The position numbers were made by a program, and so were the translations under genes. The notes under the pieces are model-generated. The model was not told the DNA's origin. It saw only the letters and a program-made list of their open reading frames with translations, and made no database searches. A stretch of 64,000 bases of DNA, from assembly GCA_048885865.1 (NCBI GenBank), contig JBHLLF010000018.1:1-64000 (forward strand), written 5' to 3'. Of the stretch, positions 18,604 to 27,700 are shown in pieces. Position 1 is the stretch's first letter, and every line of letters begins with the position of its first letter. The DNA is from Candidatus Hermodarchaeota archaeon. Its GTDB lineage: Archaea > Asgardarchaeota > Thorarchaeia > Thorarchaeales > Thorarchaeaceae.

Positions 18604-20112
18604 ATGAAAGAACTTGTTACGTCGGAGAGAGAGAATGGGAGCGACAATATCTTGGAAGACAGCTCCGAAAGACCGGATCCCGGAAAGAGAGAGGAAATGG
18701 ATGAAAGGGTTCCGGAGCCGACAGATTCTGGGAAAGATGGAAATCTCAGAGAATCGCTGAGAGCAATTTTCTCTTGGCGGAATTATTCTGTTTATCTTAT
18801 CACTTCATGGACATACAGCGGGTTTGCTGTGATCTATGGGTTCCTTACACTTTATCTATGGGAAATTGGGTGGGAGTTCATTCTTATTGGAGGGGCGATG
18901 ACTGCAGTTGCGGGCTTGATGGCACTCTCCAGATTCGTAGGTGGATATGTGGGAGATGTTTCAAACAGGAAAAACTTGTCTGTCATAGCGATGATGATGG
19001 TGGCTACGTACCATCTAATGATTGGAGTATTCATTGATCCAATTCTCATCTTGGGTGCGCTTGCACTTTATGGATCCCTTGGGATTGCTCAGGGGGGTTC
19101 GTCTGCATTCATTATGGATAATATTCCGAAGGAGCATAGTGGCTTAGCTCTGTCGCTATTTCGTATGGGGAATTCGTTCGGCATCTTGACACTGCTGGCT
19201 TTTGGCGTATTGCTTCCTATAATGGGATTCGATTCTGCGGTTCGTTTCATCTATCTGATCTCAGGAATCTTCTTGGTCTTTTGTGCAATAGGACGAGCAA
19301 TTTTCCTCAAAGGCGGCTCACGCAATAGGAGGATCAAACAGAAGTCGATCTGGAGGGATTTCCTTTCCGAGAATAGGACTGCAGCAAGACTCATTATGAA
19401 ATCGATGCCTGCAGTGCTGGCCATTGTCGTGCTAGATGGACTTAGCGACTCAATCTTCTCATTTGGTGCAGTCCTCTATACTGGCTCGGTCCTCGAATTT
19501 GATAAAGGTCAAATCAATGTCATGTTACTGGCACCCCTAGTCATATCGATCCCTCTTCTATTCAGAGTCGGACGCATGTCAGATGTAATGGGTATGAAGA
19601 GGACTACGATTCTTGTATACTCAATAATGCCTGTTTGTGCTACCCTTCTGATGATTGCTCCTACATTTGGATACTGGATACCCAGCTCAATAGTGAGTAT
19701 GGCGAACGCATTGCTACCAGGGGTAGAAGTAGTGTTTACTACACCCTTTCTCGCGCTTTTGCTAAAGTATACCAACGACATCCTCTGGGGACTTGTGCTA
19801 ATCACGTTAATACAGAAGAACATGCCACGCACGGACACTTCCAAAATCTTGGCTGTGCTATGGTCAATAGTCTATTTCATTTCATCAATAGGACCCCTCA
19901 TTGGCGGAGCTGTCTTCGAGTTCCTTGAGCCGCCTCTATTGTTCGCGATAATCATCGTCGCGAACCTTGTGATTCTTGCAGGCGTGGCTCGCTTCGGGGT
20001 AGAAAGAGAGCCAGAGGACCTGGCTGAGAGGATGCAATCAATGGAATTGACAATTCAGAAATTAAGAGATGAGATTGCTGAGTTCAGGTCCCGCAGAGGC
20101 ATGGCTGGATAG
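18604..20112 (+). CDS. MFS transporter
   Basis: About 12 TM segments; GGYVGDVSNRK and GRMSDVMGMK loop motifs. Confidence 0.88.
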   Translation: MKELVTSERENGSDNILEDSSERPDPGKREEMDERVPEPTDSGKDGNLRESLRAIFSWRNYSVYLITSWTYSGFAVIYGFLTLYLWEIGWEFILIGGAMTAVAGLMALSRFVGGYVGDVSNRKNLSVIAMMMVATYHLMIGVFIDPILILGALALYGSLGIAQGGSSAFIMDNIPKEHSGLALSLFRMGNSFGILTLLAFGVLLPIMGFDSAVRFIYLISGIFLVFCAIGRAIFLKGGSRNRRIKQKSIWRDFLSENRTAARLIMKSMPAVLAIVVLDGLSDSIFSFGAVLYTGSVLEFDKGQINVMLLAPLVISIPLLFRVGRMSDVMGMKRTTILVYSIMPVCATLLMIAPTFGYWIPSSIVSMANALLPGVEVVFTTPFLALLLKYTNDILWGLVLITLIQKNMPRTDTSKILAVLWSIVYFISSIGPLIGGAVFEFLEPPLLFAIIIVANLVILAGVARFGVEREPEDLAERMQSMELTIQKLRDEIAEFRSRRGMAG

Positions 20113-20133
20113 TAGTGCAGGAGGACGAGAGGA

Positions 20134-20781
20134 ATGAATGACAACAAGGAGAGAGCTAGGAGTATAATCAGGACTCTTGACAAGGCATACCCCGATGCTC
20201 CAGCCACCTATCTAATTCACAATAACGCATTCGAGATGCTGATCGCTACTCTTCTATCTGCAAACACCGCTGATGCATGTATAAATCAAATAACACCAGC
20301 GCTTTTTGAGAAGTACCCGAATGCAAAAGCTATGGCTAGTGCGGAGATTGAAGACCTGATTGAGCTGATTCGTCAATGCGGCACCTACAACAAGAAGTCA
20401 GTCTTTATTCGCGATTCAGCACGAATCCTTGATGAGCGGTATTCAGGTGAAGTACCAAAGACCATGGAAGAACTAATCGAATTGCCAGGAATAAGTAGGA
20501 AAACAGCGAATGTAGTGCTATCAGTAGTCTTTGGAATCAATGAGGGAGTAGTCGTTGACACACATGTCATGAGAGTTACTCAGAGGCTTGAACTCACTAG
20601 GGAGAAAAAGAACCGGTCTAGAGCAGAAAAGGATCTAATGGAAACGCTTCCAAGAAACCAATGGTATGAGTATGCACGACTCATTGGTGCCCATGGAAGG
20701 CGTACATGTAGTGCACGAAAGCCGAAATGTGAAGAGTGTGCTATCAATGAGCTCTGTCCAACAGCTGGACAATGGGGATAG
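20134..20781 (+). CDS. nth: Endonuclease III
   Basis: LIATLLSA, LPGISRKTANVV, VDTHV, CxxxxxxCxxCxxxxxC. Confidence 0.93.
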   Translation: MNDNKERARSIIRTLDKAYPDAPATYLIHNNAFEMLIATLLSANTADACINQITPALFEKYPNAKAMASAEIEDLIELIRQCGTYNKKSVFIRDSARILDERYSGEVPKTMEELIELPGISRKTANVVLSVVFGINEGVVVDTHVMRVTQRLELTREKKNRSRAEKDLMETLPRNQWYEYARLIGAHGRRTCSARKPKCEECAINELCPTAGQWG

Positions 20782-20841
20782 AAGAACTAGCGAAGAGTCT
20801 AAAAAGATGCAACAGTGGTTTCAGTAGCGAAATCACAATAG

Positions 20842-22143
20842 GTGAGTCCAGTGTTACACATCAAGTTCATTCGTGAGAATGTGGAGCTGATACGAGAGAA
20901 TCTGAGAAAGCGTAGAGATGATGAGAAGCTGAAGTCTTTCGACAGGCTCTTGTCACTGGATTCTGAGATTAGAGAACTCAAGCGCAAAATCCAAGACCTG
21001 CGAACTCAGAGGAATCGGATTTCAAGAGAGATAGGTGAGTTGAAGAAAGCAGGAGAAGATACAACCAAACTCAGCAAGGAAGCCAATCGAGTTAACAAAG
21101 CGATAAAGGAATCAGAGGAGAAGACCAATGCCTTGGATGCCGAGTTGAAGAGTATCCAGATGCGCATCCCCAATATCCTGCATGAGAGTGTCCCATACGG
21201 AGAGAGTGATGAGGACAACGAAGTTGTGAAGGAATGGGGCGGCAAGCCGAAGTTTGACTTTGAGATTCAGAGTCATGTTGACCTTTTAGATACTCTTAGG
21301 GTCGCGGACATTCCTAGAGCTGCAAAGGTTGCTGGCTCAAGGTTCTATTATCTCATGAACGAGCTTGTAGAACTGGATTTGGCGATGCAACAGATGGCCC
21401 TTGACATGCTAATCAAGAGAGGCTATACACCAATCTATCCACCCTTCATGTTGAGAAGAGAACCGTATGAGGGCGTCACAGACCTTGCAGACTTCGAAGA
21501 TGTGATGTATAAGATAGAGGAGGAGGATCTCTATCTTATAGCAACATCAGAACATGCTATGGCTGCCATGTATATGGGGGAGATATTCGAGCCTGGAGAC
21601 CTCCCCATCAAGCTAGCTGGAGTGAGTGCTTGTTTCAGAAAAGAGGCAGGCTCTCATGGCAAAGACACCAAAGGCATCTTCAGGGTTCATCAGTTCAACA
21701 AGGTCGAGCAATTTGTATTCAGCCATCCTGATGAATCATGGAAGATTCATGAAGAGCTCATGAAGAACGAAGAGGACTATGTACAAGCCCTAGGCCTACC
21801 CTACAGGATTGTGAATTCCTGTACCGGTGACATAGGAATTGTGGCAGCAAAGAAGTTAGATCTCGAGTTTTGGATGCCAGGACAGGACAGATATCGGGAA
21901 GGAGGCTCTAACAGCAATTGCACGGCATACCAAGCTACTCGGTTGAACATCAAGTATCGCCTCAAGAAGGGTGGAACGGAGAAAGACTACGTACATACCC
22001 TCAACAGTACAATGATGGCAAATCCGCGCACCTTTGTGGCAATCATGGAGAACTTCCAGCGTGAGGATGGAAGCATAGAGATACCCAAAGCGCTCCACAA
22101 ATATCTGCGCTCAGGGGTGAAGGAGATACTTCCACGGGAGTAA
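20842..22143 (+). CDS. serS: Serine--tRNA ligase
   Basis: N-terminal coiled coil, LIATSE, CFRKEAG, GIFRVHQFNKVE, HTLNST. Confidence 0.97.
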   Translation: MSPVLHIKFIRENVELIRENLRKRRDDEKLKSFDRLLSLDSEIRELKRKIQDLRTQRNRISREIGELKKAGEDTTKLSKEANRVNKAIKESEEKTNALDAELKSIQMRIPNILHESVPYGESDEDNEVVKEWGGKPKFDFEIQSHVDLLDTLRVADIPRAAKVAGSRFYYLMNELVELDLAMQQMALDMLIKRGYTPIYPPFMLRREPYEGVTDLADFEDVMYKIEEEDLYLIATSEHAMAAMYMGEIFEPGDLPIKLAGVSACFRKEAGSHGKDTKGIFRVHQFNKVEQFVFSHPDESWKIHEELMKNEEDYVQALGLPYRIVNSCTGDIGIVAAKKLDLEFWMPGQDRYREGGSNSNCTAYQATRLNIKYRLKKGGTEKDYVHTLNSTMMANPRTFVAIMENFQREDGSIEIPKALHKYLRSGVKEILPRE

Positions 22144-22668
22144 ATGGGAGCATCATCCTTAAAACGAGCATTTGTACAACCCAGCTTGGGGATACTAGTG
22201 ACCGATGTCCAAGATTCATTTGACCAATTGATCTCCCTCGCGATTCAGAGGGAGGAGGAAGCCTACGACTTCTACATGAAAGCTTCTGAGAACATCGAAT
22301 TGCCTTCGTCGAAGCAGTTGCTATTGGAGTTGGCAAAACAGGAGGAAGGCCACAAAAGGAAGCTCATGAACGCCCTCGGTGAAGGAGTCTGCGAAACGTT
22401 CACCTGCTCAACCATTGAGGAATTCGAGGGACACGACCTCTCGAAGTATCTCATAGAAATTCCTCTCGAGCCTGGTTCGACCTCTCAGGATATTCTCATC
22501 GTAGCTATAAAGCGAGAGGAAGGCGCGCGTGACTTCTACAAGAACCTCTCAGAGTTGACCACAAGTACATCTCATAGAACGGTCTTTGAGAGCCTCGCAA
22601 AGGAGGAGCAGGATCATAAGGATCGTCTAGAGAGCATTTACGACGAACAGATTCAACCATGGATGTGA
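22144..22668 (+). CDS. Ferritin/rubrerythrin-like protein
   Basis: Duplicated AIxREE...FY...LAxxExxH motifs; the start may be GTG 22198. Confidence 0.85.
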   Translation: MGASSLKRAFVQPSLGILVTDVQDSFDQLISLAIQREEEAYDFYMKASENIELPSSKQLLLELAKQEEGHKRKLMNALGEGVCETFTCSTIEEFEGHDLSKYLIEIPLEPGSTSQDILIVAIKREEGARDFYKNLSELTTSTSHRTVFESLAKEEQDHKDRLESIYDEQIQPWM

Positions 22669-22710
22669 CTCATGGGCTGTAAGTCAGCCCGCATCCCATG
22701 TACCATCTCA

Positions 22711-24006
22711 TTACGTCTTGTGTAGTTTTTGGGCAGCTATGAATGTCAGGCCGTTTTCCGTCAAAACACGAGCTGTCCGATTCACAGCATCGTGTTTGCA
22801 CATATAGTTGTGAAGTAGAGCTGGCATATCACCAGACTCAATGATTTCATTCTTTGCTCTGAAGTAGTCAAGAATGTCACTCGGATGTTCGCAGGCACAT
22901 TCAATTTCAGGAGTTCCGCCTTCGTGTTTAGCACTGATATTCTTGACATGGTCTGCCAATTCTACAAGTTCATCAAGTCGGTCGTAGGGCTGTCTTACAA
23001 TACTCTTGTATGTTTCAGTTATGTGATGCTCAATTCTGACCACATTCTCAAATCCGAAGTCTTTCCTGGCATATGCAGATAGCTCTATTGTCTCATTGTT
23101 TACGCTGTTAGATAGATTGTACCCAATCAGTGGCGAAGTGCCGTCATCTCTGCTGAAGAGTTTGGCTGTCATCAATGTCCACAGACTTGCATATGGATTG
23201 TCATTTCCCATGAAGACGCTGATCTTGAACTCCATATCAATGCCCAGCTTATGCATCATGTAACCCACGAGTACGCTTCCTGGATTGATATTGAGTACTT
23301 GTTTGACCCCATACTCCGTGTAATAGTGAAGGTACTCATCAGCCCACTTGAGAGCAAAATCATTGGGCATTCCAACTCCACCGAAATAGCCGGTGATTGT
23401 GTCTGGCCCTCCTAGGTGGATATTGGCTGGTGCACCATCAGGTCCTGGAAATGTGCCTTTTGTATCTAAAGTCTCGACGTAAGAGGAGTCTACGATCTGC
23501 ATCGCTGCGGCAAAAGCAATCACATCGTTGTCATCACTCTGCTCCTGCATGTTTCTTACTCGGATAAAACGGCCGGGCATAAGCTCCTGCTTCTCAATGG
23601 ATCGCTTCGCCTCCTCTATGACCCATGGGAAGTATTGGCACGCACTGATCTCAAGTGTGACTGCAAAACTCTCATCAAAATCCATGGAGTCAGCTTTATC
23701 CCCCAGAATCTTCCTCCGATAATCAAGAATTGTGATGAATGAATCGCTATCACGTTTCTCTTGAAGCCACTGGAGGTCTTTCACATAGGGAGAGTCTTTC
23801 TTCTCCAATTTGGCCATTAGGTTCTCGAGCCTACGAGCCTCATTCGCCTTCTTGTTGATTTCGTCAACTCCGCCATGCTTCTCAATGACATTTATGATAC
23901 CACTAATCAGAGGGTTGTCTTCCTTGAGAAGAAACTCGTTAATCTCGTGCAGGCGCTGCACATCTATCTCAAGCTTCTTTCTATCAGTCATACCGAAAAC
24001 TCCCAA
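22711..24006 (-). CDS. Conserved-looking hypothetical protein of unknown function
   Basis: 431-aa ORF with enzyme-like motifs (HLGGPDTITGYFGG, RIEHHITE, SAKHEGG). Confidence 0.75.
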   Translation of the reverse strand: MGVFGMTDRKKLEIDVQRLHEINEFLLKEDNPLISGIINVIEKHGGVDEINKKANEARRLENLMAKLEKKDSPYVKDLQWLQEKRDSDSFITILDYRRKILGDKADSMDFDESFAVTLEISACQYFPWVIEEAKRSIEKQELMPGRFIRVRNMQEQSDDNDVIAFAAAMQIVDSSYVETLDTKGTFPGPDGAPANIHLGGPDTITGYFGGVGMPNDFALKWADEYLHYYTEYGVKQVLNINPGSVLVGYMMHKLGIDMEFKISVFMGNDNPYASLWTLMTAKLFSRDDGTSPLIGYNLSNSVNNETIELSAYARKDFGFENVVRIEHHITETYKSIVRQPYDRLDELVELADHVKNISAKHEGGTPEIECACEHPSDILDYFRAKNEIIESGDMPALLHNYMCKHDAVNRTARVLTENGLTFIAAQKLHKT

Positions 24007-24153
24007 TCATAAGTCGGACTAGGTATAGCCAATGGGTGTCATTACAACGATGAAATTCCTCTTTAAAAAGAGCACTGATTTGAAGTGCCAAGCAGAATCA
24101 AAAATGGCGTTTGCTGAGGAGTTCTTCCATGAATTTCAGATTCCTGATGCTGC

Positions 24154-24747
24154 TCATTCAAGAGGCGTTTCGATCTGCTCATTCTGAACTAAAGTTAGGT
24201 CCTCTTCTTCAAACATATACAAAGTGTCTTGGAGAAAGCTCCTTGCAACAGGCCCTACGATTGCGGTGACGATTGAACCAACTGCCACTTGAAGCCAGTT
24301 TGCTGTAAGCAACTCAGCGAGTGCAGCTCCATATCCGTACAAAGGAATCTCTGCGAGGAAATATCCGGTCATCATCACAAATGAGGATACGATAAGTCCA
24401 ACCACATCCCACCTTGTCAATAGACTAGCACTTCTGGCTCGACTACTAAAGAGCCCCATCACCAACCCTTCACAGCCCTTTACAACCAAAGTGATTGGAG
24501 CGAAATGGACATAGCCCAAGATGACATCACCCATTGCTGAACCCACTCCCCCAGCGATGAAGCCGCCGAGAGGGCCAAGCAAGAGACCGCTTAGCATCAC
24601 TAGTGCATCTCCGAAATTGAGAAAACCTGAACTTGCGGGGAGTGGAATGGCAATCACTATTGTGGCAATTGTGGTCAATGCAGTTAGAATAGCCAATAAT
24701 GCCACAAATAGAGTGTTACTTCGCATTTTGGGTTTGAAGAACTCCAT
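24154..24747 (-). CDS. ECF transporter S-component (HmpT/PdxU-like family)
   Basis: IPLPASSGFLNFGD, GGVGSAMGD, APITLVVKGCEG; 5-6 TM segments. Confidence 0.88.
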   Translation of the reverse strand: MEFFKPKMRSNTLFVALLAILTALTTIATIVIAIPLPASSGFLNFGDALVMLSGLLLGPLGGFIAGGVGSAMGDVILGYVHFAPITLVVKGCEGLVMGLFSSRARSASLLTRWDVVGLIVSSFVMMTGYFLAEIPLYGYGAALAELLTANWLQVAVGSIVTAIVGPVARSFLQDTLYMFEEEDLTLVQNEQIETPLE

Positions 24748-24804
24748 TGTGTATCATCCTCCATTCATCATATTCTTCTCTGAAAGAAGGATATATAATT
24801 TTGA

Positions 24805-24818
24805 GCCTATATATAGGC
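24805..24818. promoter_or_regulatory. Perfect 14-bp palindrome GCCTATATATAGGC, candidate operator
   Basis: Lies between the TATA-like ATATATAA (24791-24798) and ATG 24829, in a divergent promoter region. Confidence 0.55.
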
Positions 24819-24828
24819 ATGATAAACG

Positions 24829-26322
24829 ATGTCACTTCAGTCAGGTTTTAGGTGTACTGGGTGTGGAAAGGAGTTTGTTCCGGAGAAATACATTAATTCT
24901 TGTCCTATATGCGGACAGATTCTAGAAGTGACCTATGACCTAGGCAGGGCAAGAAACCAATTCACTCCCAGGAAGATCAGAAATAGAGGGCCAGCAATTT
25001 GGAAGTACCTTGAACTACTTCCAATTCGAAGTGAAGCGAATATGGTTTCACTTGGAGAGGGAGGAACCTACTTACACCGGTGCGATGGGCTTGCAAAGGA
25101 CTTCGGAATTGAGTGTCTTTACCTGAAAGACGAAACAACAAATCCGACGGGAGCGTTTATTGATCGTGGGACCGCAGTCGAAGTGTCTGCAGCGAAAGAG
25201 CATGGGTTCAAATCTGTTTGCTGTGGCTCTACTGGAAATCTTGCTGCGTCACTTGTTGCCTATGCTGCTCGGGCTGGTCTTGAGAGCAAGGTGTTCATCG
25301 GTCAAAGAGGGAATGTGGATATCGGCAAGTTCTACCAGATCCTAGCCTATGCAGCAGATGTAGAGATAGTCAGAGATCATGAGGAGGCAGTGTCAATGGC
25401 ACGCCAAGAGGGTAGAAGAAGCCACCTCATAACATCGTCCAACCCACATTTCATGGAAGGAGAGAAGACAACTGTCTATGAAACATGTGAACAACTCGAT
25501 TGGACTGCGCCGGATTGGATTATTGCTCCAATGGGAAATGGCGGTCATGTGTCAATGATATGGAAAGGGCTAAGGGAGCTGGAGCAAATCGGGCTGATAG
25601 ATGCTTCACACACTAGGATTATCGGGGCTCAGGCGAGCGGTTGCGCACCAATTGTTGAGGCATTTAAGAGGGGGGTGAAAACCATCACTCCACCTTCTTC
25701 TGCATCTACGGTAGCTTTTGACATATGCGTAAGGAATCCAGTTTGTGGAAGTACAGCACTAATGGCAATTGAGGAGTCAGGCGGAATAGCTATTTCTTCC
25801 TCCGATAGAGAAATACTAGAAGCTGTGAGGCAGCTCGCAAGACGAGAAGGCGTCTTCGCAGAACCATCTTCAGCTACTACTATAGCGGCTTTACAGAAAC
25901 TCATTCACTCAGGAAAGATAGAACGGGGAGAGTCTATTGTTTGTGTCATTACTGGAATGGGGCTCAAGTACCCCGAGATAGCAAGGACCTTTGTTAAGGG
26001 GACTGGGCCTCTTGAACATCTTCTCAGTAGGATAGAGGGACGTAAAGTCACAACGAAACTAGGTCAGACCAAAATTCGCATTCTGCAGATACTCTCTAAG
26101 TGTGAATCTTACGGATATGGAATATGGAAGGCTCTGTTGGATGAGTATGGAATGGACCTTAAAATCCCGAGCATATACCAGCACCTTACAGAGCTGACCA
26201 GTAGCGGACTGATTATTAATACGCGAGTTGAGAAGACGTATGAAAACCGTCAAAGAAGCTACTATGCATTGACTGAGAAGGGAAAGTGGACTCTAAATCA
26301 AGTTAGAAAATTGGAAAGGTAG
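24829..26322 (+). CDS. Threonine-synthase-like protein (PLP Lys replaced by Ile) fused to a C-terminal PadR wHTH
   Basis: Zn ribbon, SLGEGGT, NPTGAFIDRG (canonical SFKDRG), STGN, PMGNGG, EPSSA, TGMGLK; C-terminal ILQILSKCESYGYGI..SIYQHLTEL..GLI..RSYYALTEKG. Confidence 0.85.
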   Translation: MSLQSGFRCTGCGKEFVPEKYINSCPICGQILEVTYDLGRARNQFTPRKIRNRGPAIWKYLELLPIRSEANMVSLGEGGTYLHRCDGLAKDFGIECLYLKDETTNPTGAFIDRGTAVEVSAAKEHGFKSVCCGSTGNLAASLVAYAARAGLESKVFIGQRGNVDIGKFYQILAYAADVEIVRDHEEAVSMARQEGRRSHLITSSNPHFMEGEKTTVYETCEQLDWTAPDWIIAPMGNGGHVSMIWKGLRELEQIGLIDASHTRIIGAQASGCAPIVEAFKRGVKTITPPSSASTVAFDICVRNPVCGSTALMAIEESGGIAISSSDREILEAVRQLARREGVFAEPSSATTIAALQKLIHSGKIERGESIVCVITGMGLKYPEIARTFVKGTGPLEHLLSRIEGRKVTTKLGQTKIRILQILSKCESYGYGIWKALLDEYGMDLKIPSIYQHLTELTSSGLIINTRVEKTYENRQRSYYALTEKGKWTLNQVRKLER

Positions 26323-26406
26323 GTACAGGTAGCGTACGTAGGAGAACTGTTTTATGTCATAACCTCGATGAGCTTACTATCCTACTGCTTTGAGGGAGGA
26401 AAGCCA

Positions 26407-26787
26407 ATGTCAAAGAAATGGATACAGACCGATGATTGGAAGAACGAGAAGCACGTGCCGTCTATCGATATAAAGAAGGTCGAAGATGGGAAGGCCTATG
26501 TCAAAGTAAAAGTTGGCAAGGAAATTCCACATCCAAACACGACTGCACATCATATCAAGTGGTGTGACCTCTTCTTCTGGCCAGAAGGAGCTAAGTTTCC
26601 CGTAGAGATTGGATACTGTACTTTCGATCACCACGGTGAATCTGCTGAGGGTCCTGATAGTAGTGGCATTTACAGCGAGCCAATTGCCAAGTTCGTCTTC
26701 AAGACCGACAAACCAGGTACGTTGATGGCTACTGCGTATTGCAACATTCATGGTCTCTGGAAGAGTGAAGCTGAGCTGAAACTCTGA
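26407..26787 (+). CDS. Superoxide reductase (neelaredoxin/desulfoferrodoxin-like)
   Basis: EKHVP, HPNTTAHHI, YCNIHGLW; ATG 26407 follows GGAGG. Confidence 0.92.
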   Translation: MSKKWIQTDDWKNEKHVPSIDIKKVEDGKAYVKVKVGKEIPHPNTTAHHIKWCDLFFWPEGAKFPVEIGYCTFDHHGESAEGPDSSGIYSEPIAKFVFKTDKPGTLMATAYCNIHGLWKSEAELKL

Positions 26788-26984
26788 AGGATTGACCATT
26801 CCTATAATGCAGGATTTGGCCTGCTATATCCGTGGGCCAAACTCCATTCTTTTCATACCAACTAATTCTCTACTCGCTGAGAGAGTTGAATCAGATTTCT
26901 CTCAACTTCACGATACAAGTGGCTCATCTTTTCTGGGTCCCGGGCGTGAATGAACACGACATCGACACAAACTATCATTCCGAG

Positions 26985-27242
26985 TTAGGTTTCCTTGATT
27001 ATTTCCGCGCCCCATATGGTGTTTCCATCAGTCAATCCATTCACACTAACACGCTTCCCCAACACGACAGCAAACTTCCCACTATCAAAGTCAGGAGAAA
27101 CAGCCTCCCACGGCATGATTGCTGACAGCTTGTACTCAGTGCCATCGTCCATCGTGACTGTATAGGAGTCGAATATCTTTGACATCAAACCCGTAACAGT
27201 TATCTCCTTTAGAGAGTCGCTCATGCTCTTTACCCCTAACAT
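26985..27242 (-). CDS. Small hypothetical protein (OB-fold-like)
   Basis: Beta-rich ORF of about 80 aa; the start may be MSDSL. Confidence 0.6.
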   Translation of the reverse strand: MLGVKSMSDSLKEITVTGLMSKIFDSYTVTMDDGTEYKLSAIMPWEAVSPDFDSGKFAVVLGKRVSVNGLTDGNTIWGAEIIKET

Positions 27243-27246
27243 CAGC

Positions 27247-27263
27247 AGTCACATAATGTGACT
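27247..27263. promoter_or_regulatory. Palindrome AGTCACAT-A-ATGTGACT, candidate operator
   Basis: Perfect 8-bp arms in the divergent intergenic region upstream of the micro-peptide operon. Confidence 0.5.
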
Positions 27264-27333
27264 CTATTCTGTGACCCTTAGTTGTGGCTCCGCATTATAT
27301 ACTCATTCTGTGTGTTAATTCTTGTGAAACATC

Positions 27334-27441
27334 ATGGCCCTGACTAAGAATACTCGGAAGTCATCTGTGAAGAAGAACACGAAGATGAGGAGAATAATCT
27401 CCACTGATGCCATCGGATTCGCATACGCCTTTCGGAGGTGA
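27334..27441 (+). CDS. Basic micro-peptide 1 (35 aa) MALTKNTRKSSVKKNTKMRRIISTDAIGFAYAFRR
   Basis: Manually translated; TATA-like TTATATAC about 35 nt upstream; paralogous to the next ORF. Confidence 0.7.
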   Translation: MALTKNTRKSSVKKNTKMRRIISTDAIGFAYAFRR

Positions 27442-27445
27442 TAAT

Positions 27446-27535
27446 ATGGCAATAGCAAAGAAAGCAACTCAGAAGAAGCAGAATAGAAAGAAGATCTCTA
27501 CTCGTGCAATAGCATACTCATACTTCAGGAGATAA
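27446..27535 (+). CDS. Basic micro-peptide 2 (29 aa) MAIAKKATQKKQNRKKISTRAIAYSYFRR
   Basis: GGAGGTGA RBS overlaps the previous stop codon; shares IST-x-AI...Y...FRR with peptide 1. Confidence 0.7.
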   Translation: MAIAKKATQKKQNRKKISTRAIAYSYFRR

Positions 27536-27551
27536 ATCGCAATGATTTACG

Positions 27552-27683
27552 ATGACAATTGCATCCAGTCTAACTTCAAAGACTCATGCCTTCACAACGA
27601 AAAAGCAGAAGGCCGTTGTCTTACTCGTGAGGAAGTCCTCATGCTGGAAGCCACGTGAGCACTTCCTCTACTACTTCTACTGA
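27552..27683 (+). CDS. Basic micro-peptide 3 (43 aa) MTIASSLTSKTHAFTTKKQKAVVLLVRKSSCWKPREHFLYYFY
   Basis: MxIA start, KKQK and an aromatic C-terminus like peptides 1 and 2; followed by a T-rich tract. Confidence 0.45.
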   Translation: MTIASSLTSKTHAFTTKKQKAVVLLVRKSSCWKPREHFLYYFY

Positions 27684-27700
27684 TACTTTTGCATGTGCAT

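Noticed and set aside
26862-26978. 38-codon minus-strand ORF resembling a VOC N-terminus (VFIHARDPEKMSHLY)
   Set aside because: Too short; at best a gene remnant, and not supportable without a search.
27542-27658. Alternative frame MIYDDNCIQSNFKDSCLHNEKAEGRCLTREEVLMLEAT
   Set aside because: It has better RBS spacing but no resemblance to the two upstream peptides. The overlapping 27552 frame is preferred, though this one is not excluded.
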